Source: Balanoglossus misakiensis (lineage: Eukaryota > Animalia > Hemichordata). Taken from it: a stretch of DNA of 64,000 nt. The stretch lies in NCBI GenBank assembly GCA_040954595.2, contig CM082581.2:10105099-10169098 (forward strand), read 5' to 3'. The position numbers and the translations under genes are program-made. A model generated the notes under the pieces. It was not told the origin of the DNA, ran no database searches, and saw only the letters and a program-made list of their open reading frames with translations. Positions 60,317 through 64,000 of the stretch are shown here, in pieces (the stretch's first letter is position 1; each line of letters starts with the position of its first letter).

Positions 60317-62208
60317 ATGGCCACGGAAGCACCACTTAATTTGGTAAGCAGGTTTATTTATGCCAATAGCCACGGTTGTATAGTGGGGTGACTGTGCATG
60401 TAACTGAGAGGGGAAAAATCTTGTTAATCTTATTAAATTCCATGATCCACACACACACAAAACCCGGAAGCGATTGCTCTTTTATCTTAACGTAGACAGG
60501 GTAGACCGTAGGACATCATAGGTTACTACATGTACTGTCTATGGGGCGTTGGCGTACTCTCATGAAAGTCGAAACTACATGCGACACTCGCACTAAATGT
60601 GCACGTACATTCACCCATAATAGTATTTTGAAACTGTATTGTTATTGACACAGAATAATGTTCTGTGTGTGGTACAGCGTTGCAGCACTTCAAGTTCATG
60701 CATCAAATACACATAATGTCGTCAGTCCTGATGATGGTCATAATTACATCCTTTATAGCAGATTGTTTTCCTGGTGTTGATTATTCTTCTCACCTTCCGG
60801 AAAACTGAAAATATTGGATTTAATCCATGGCACTCAAAACAACAGTATGCGTAAGGTTTGACAAAAATCAAGCCTTACTAAGTCATGATGTCAATACATC
60901 CTGTTAACCATAGCGTAAGACATACAAACATGGCTTACGTTGGAGGCTCAAGACCTAAACAGGAAATTTAAAAATAGGCTTTGAACAAAAGAAAAAACAC
61001 ATACTGAAAGAAGCACCTGATATTAGTGGCACAAATAACATAACTAAAAGATAGAAAGAGAATCATTCATGAACATCACAAGATCCATTTTTCTGCATTT
61101 TTATAGGCTCACCAGCAAGACAGGAAGGCAGAACGATTCCTGAATGTGGGAAAGTTTCAAGATGCCATCTTGTGTCATCAGAAGGCTGCAGGTCTGTCAT
61201 AAAAACAGCAAAAAGATAAACTTTGCACATCGTGGTACATGTAACTACTGGCACATGTGGCAGTGGCACAAATGAACATCAAAAAGCACTTGTGTATTTC
61301 ACATCAACAAAGCAACAGTGGCTTCACTAGGATCATCCTTTAAAAAAAATCCTGTTCTCTTTCTAGAGTACATCCTAGCTGCCATGGACAGCACCTCTGT
61401 GGGACAAGCACTGGCGTCATTACAACTACAGTATGAAAATCACCAGAAACAGCAAAAGGTCATCTTGGAGAAAGAAAGGAGATACATATTGATGGAGAAA
61501 AGACAGGCCATGAAATTAGAGGATGAGACCAAATCCTCACCACTGGGTAGCAGAAAACCGTCCGAGACCGAAATCGATGATGTGGACGGCGGACGAACCG
61601 AGCGGAATCAGAATGTGGACATGGGTACGGATCCTGTTGTGAGATACAGCAGGAGAACGAAAGAAAGTGATTCGCTGTTGCAGTTTCTCAACAATGGACA
61701 CTCGTCGCATCTTGATCCGCAGCTAGAAGAGAGTGTAGCGTTTGTCTTGGCTGCCTCGACGAGGGAGTCGTGTCCGCCATTGCTGATGAAAAATCAGAGA
61801 CTAGATAAATCAGGGTTGTCGGTGGAGGAGGAGTCCACTAACGGCGAAACGACAAACGGAACAATGACGCCGAAAGACGAATCGGAGGTACTCGAAGAGT
61901 TGCGGGAAGAGAACGCATTCCTAAAAAGTCACATCGTGAAACTGCAGCGGGCGTGGGAGAGTTGTGAACAGGAAAACATGGAAATGAGGGCAACCATCCA
62001 CGATTTGAAGCGGCAGCTGGACGCCATCAAAAGCAGTGGCCAGGACACGCAACGCACGGACATAACGTGCGAACTGAAAACGCCATTTTCAACTCCGGCC
62101 AGTGGATTTGTGGACACGCCCCTGTCGGAGCTGCCCCCACTGGCACCAATAGAGTTTCCAGAATTAGGTTTTGATCTCAGTAAACTGGGATCTTCCCCGC
62201 CGCAATAG
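60317..62208 (+). CDS. NRBF2: Nuclear receptor-binding factor 2 (Atg38 homologue; MIT + coiled coil; ~317 aa)
   Basis: Exons 60317-60343 (MATEAPLNL), 61107-61191 (AHQQDRKAERFLNVGKFQDAILCHQKAA), 61367-62208. Matches the recalled human NRBF2 MIT domain (MEGPLNLAHQQSRRADRLLAAGKYEEAISCHKKAA...QAHLSLELQ), coiled coil (PKDESEVLEE vs KDDKTIIEE) and C-terminal LPPL..EFP motif. Confidence 0.92.
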
Positions 62209-64000
62209 CTTATATTGTTCACTCTGCTTCCTTCTCGTCTGCCATTGCCACTGAGATATTTTGCGGCAGTAAAAAGATGGGGTGTTGTGTTATACGGAGT
62301 TGTTGAGCTCGTCATGGTCATTGCATGTTACAGTACACTATGTACACTTTCTGATAAAGTTGGAAAAAAATTACTGATCCTTGTCGTTTGTGTTGTAAAT
62401 GCTACAAATGAGACATTTCATTAATAAACCTGACTGGGACCTTATTACCTCACAAGAACAAAATCGTGTTTTGTCAGAATTCTGTCTTGTGCACGTGGCA
62501 AGTCTGCCATGTATGCAAATTATGCTCGTGACCAACCAGGGACTATTTTGGTCATGAGATTCACTATTTTGCAAACATGGTGGTGAAAGGGTCAACTAAA
62601 TAACAACCTCTGCAGTGAACTTCTATTTTTCAAGACTATTTCAAAAACATCACTAACCTTAGCAAAACGCTAATGTCATATAGAGGATGCACCACACACA
62701 ACGAAAGTGGTAAACAGATATTAACGATATTTGTGGAAGCATAGTAAGGTTGCTCATGCCTTCCTGGGGAAGCACTACAACCCACCCACAAGAAATTTCC
62801 ATTTTGTTGAACTGCATTCACAGGGTTTGAAAACTGCTGCTTTGTCTCTGTATAATTTTTATTAATTTAATAATATTAAGTTTACAAATTAAAGATGGAA
62901 AAAAAGGCAAAAAAAACATTCTGAAATAATGATTGGGGGAAACCAGTGTTTGAATCCAATGATTACCATCGACATATCCCTGAAAACCATGCAACTACCT
63001 CTCCATACTTTCTTGAAGATGTGCCGCTTTCTCTGGTGATTGAATATATTTCTGCTTGGATTAAAACCACTCACTTGTTGCAACATCGGCATACAGCCTA
63101 CAGACTGAGGGGAGTGGTATGCTACGGAGAAAGGGGGCTGTTGATAAAAAATGACAATTTTTCACTTACAAACAAAACAAGGCATAGTCCACGTCATTGT
63201 ACATACAGGTCTCACACCACTATATAATTGCTTCCTGTGCAGTGGGGGGGGGGGGGGTGATAAGTGTAGTGCTTGAGAGATGTAAAAAGGAATATTTGGT
63301 GTAAATTCGTTTTGTCCAAGGCTTGTCTTGAGAAGCTTATTTCAGTGAAGGCAATATTCAGGAACCAGTGGTTTAATATTAATTCAGGATCAACAGCCTC
63401 AATCAGGCAGCAGAATTCCCAAAAGAGATGACGCTCCAACCCTTTCGTCCCCAGATCCCAAAATAGACACCCAACATTACCATAGATTTTGGACCAAAAA
63501 TACATATTCTCCAGTTTCAACATATTGTTGAGTTCTTTTCTGGAAATACTACTGGTCCAAGCTCCGACAAAAAGATAAAAGAACAGATTGGCAGACACAA
63601 GAGTGACACCACAATGGATACAACTAAAGCAAAATTGAACAACAGAAAACAGATGAAAGTCAAATCTTCTCATAAAGCATACCAAACATTACAAAGAAAT
63701 ATACAAGATGAAAGAATTTTTGGCAGTATTTACAGCAATTATATATATTATATCACAGATTTTATTTTTAGATACATATCAGGTCTACCCGAAACTAATA
63801 CTAGTATATCTGACTCTTGAAATCGGTACTTAAAAAGTGACCTATTGAGGGCGCTATAACAATTGTATAAATAATCTTTTTATACATGGGTTTTTTTCTT
63901 TCTTCTCAGAAGTGGATTTGTCTGGCATCACTTGGTGACTGTTCAACAGGGCAATACGGACATTTTACTCTGAAAAAAGAAAAGAATAATGCATAACTAT

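Noticed and set aside
61318-61366. ORF-track start of the 296-aa ORF
   Set aside because: Intronic polypyrimidine tract and acceptor; the real N-terminus comes from exons at 60317 and 61107 (NRBF2 MIT domain).

Overview
AT-rich, intron-containing animal genomic DNA. It is an invertebrate bilaterian; a non-vertebrate deuterostome is plausible but that is inference. Manual splicing at GT-AG junctions gives nine protein-coding genes with continuous frames: NANS (-, runs off the left edge), FNTA (+), a ~1770-aa TOPAZ1-like gene (-), FHIP2/FAM160B (+), BIN3 (-), intronless ADO (+), an EGR/Krox zinc-finger gene (-), a secreted PEBP4-like gene (-) and NRBF2 (+). Eight of the nine form four tight head-to-head pairs. 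EGR sits alone in ~16 kb of CpG-rich non-coding DNA carrying CArG/ETS, CRE and MEF2 motifs. Two observations stand out. (1) The order BIN3-ADO-EGR-PEBP-NRBF2 interleaves the human BIN3-EGR3-PEBP4 and ADO-EGR2-NRBF2 loci, so it looks like the ancestral pre-duplication EGR block. (2) The TOPAZ1-like protein appears to combine PPR-like repeats, a degenerate SMR-like domain and a C-terminal SRI-like (Pol II CTD-binding) domain. No CRISPR array, rRNA, tRNA or autonomous transposon was recognised. All homology calls come from recalled sequences, not database searches.
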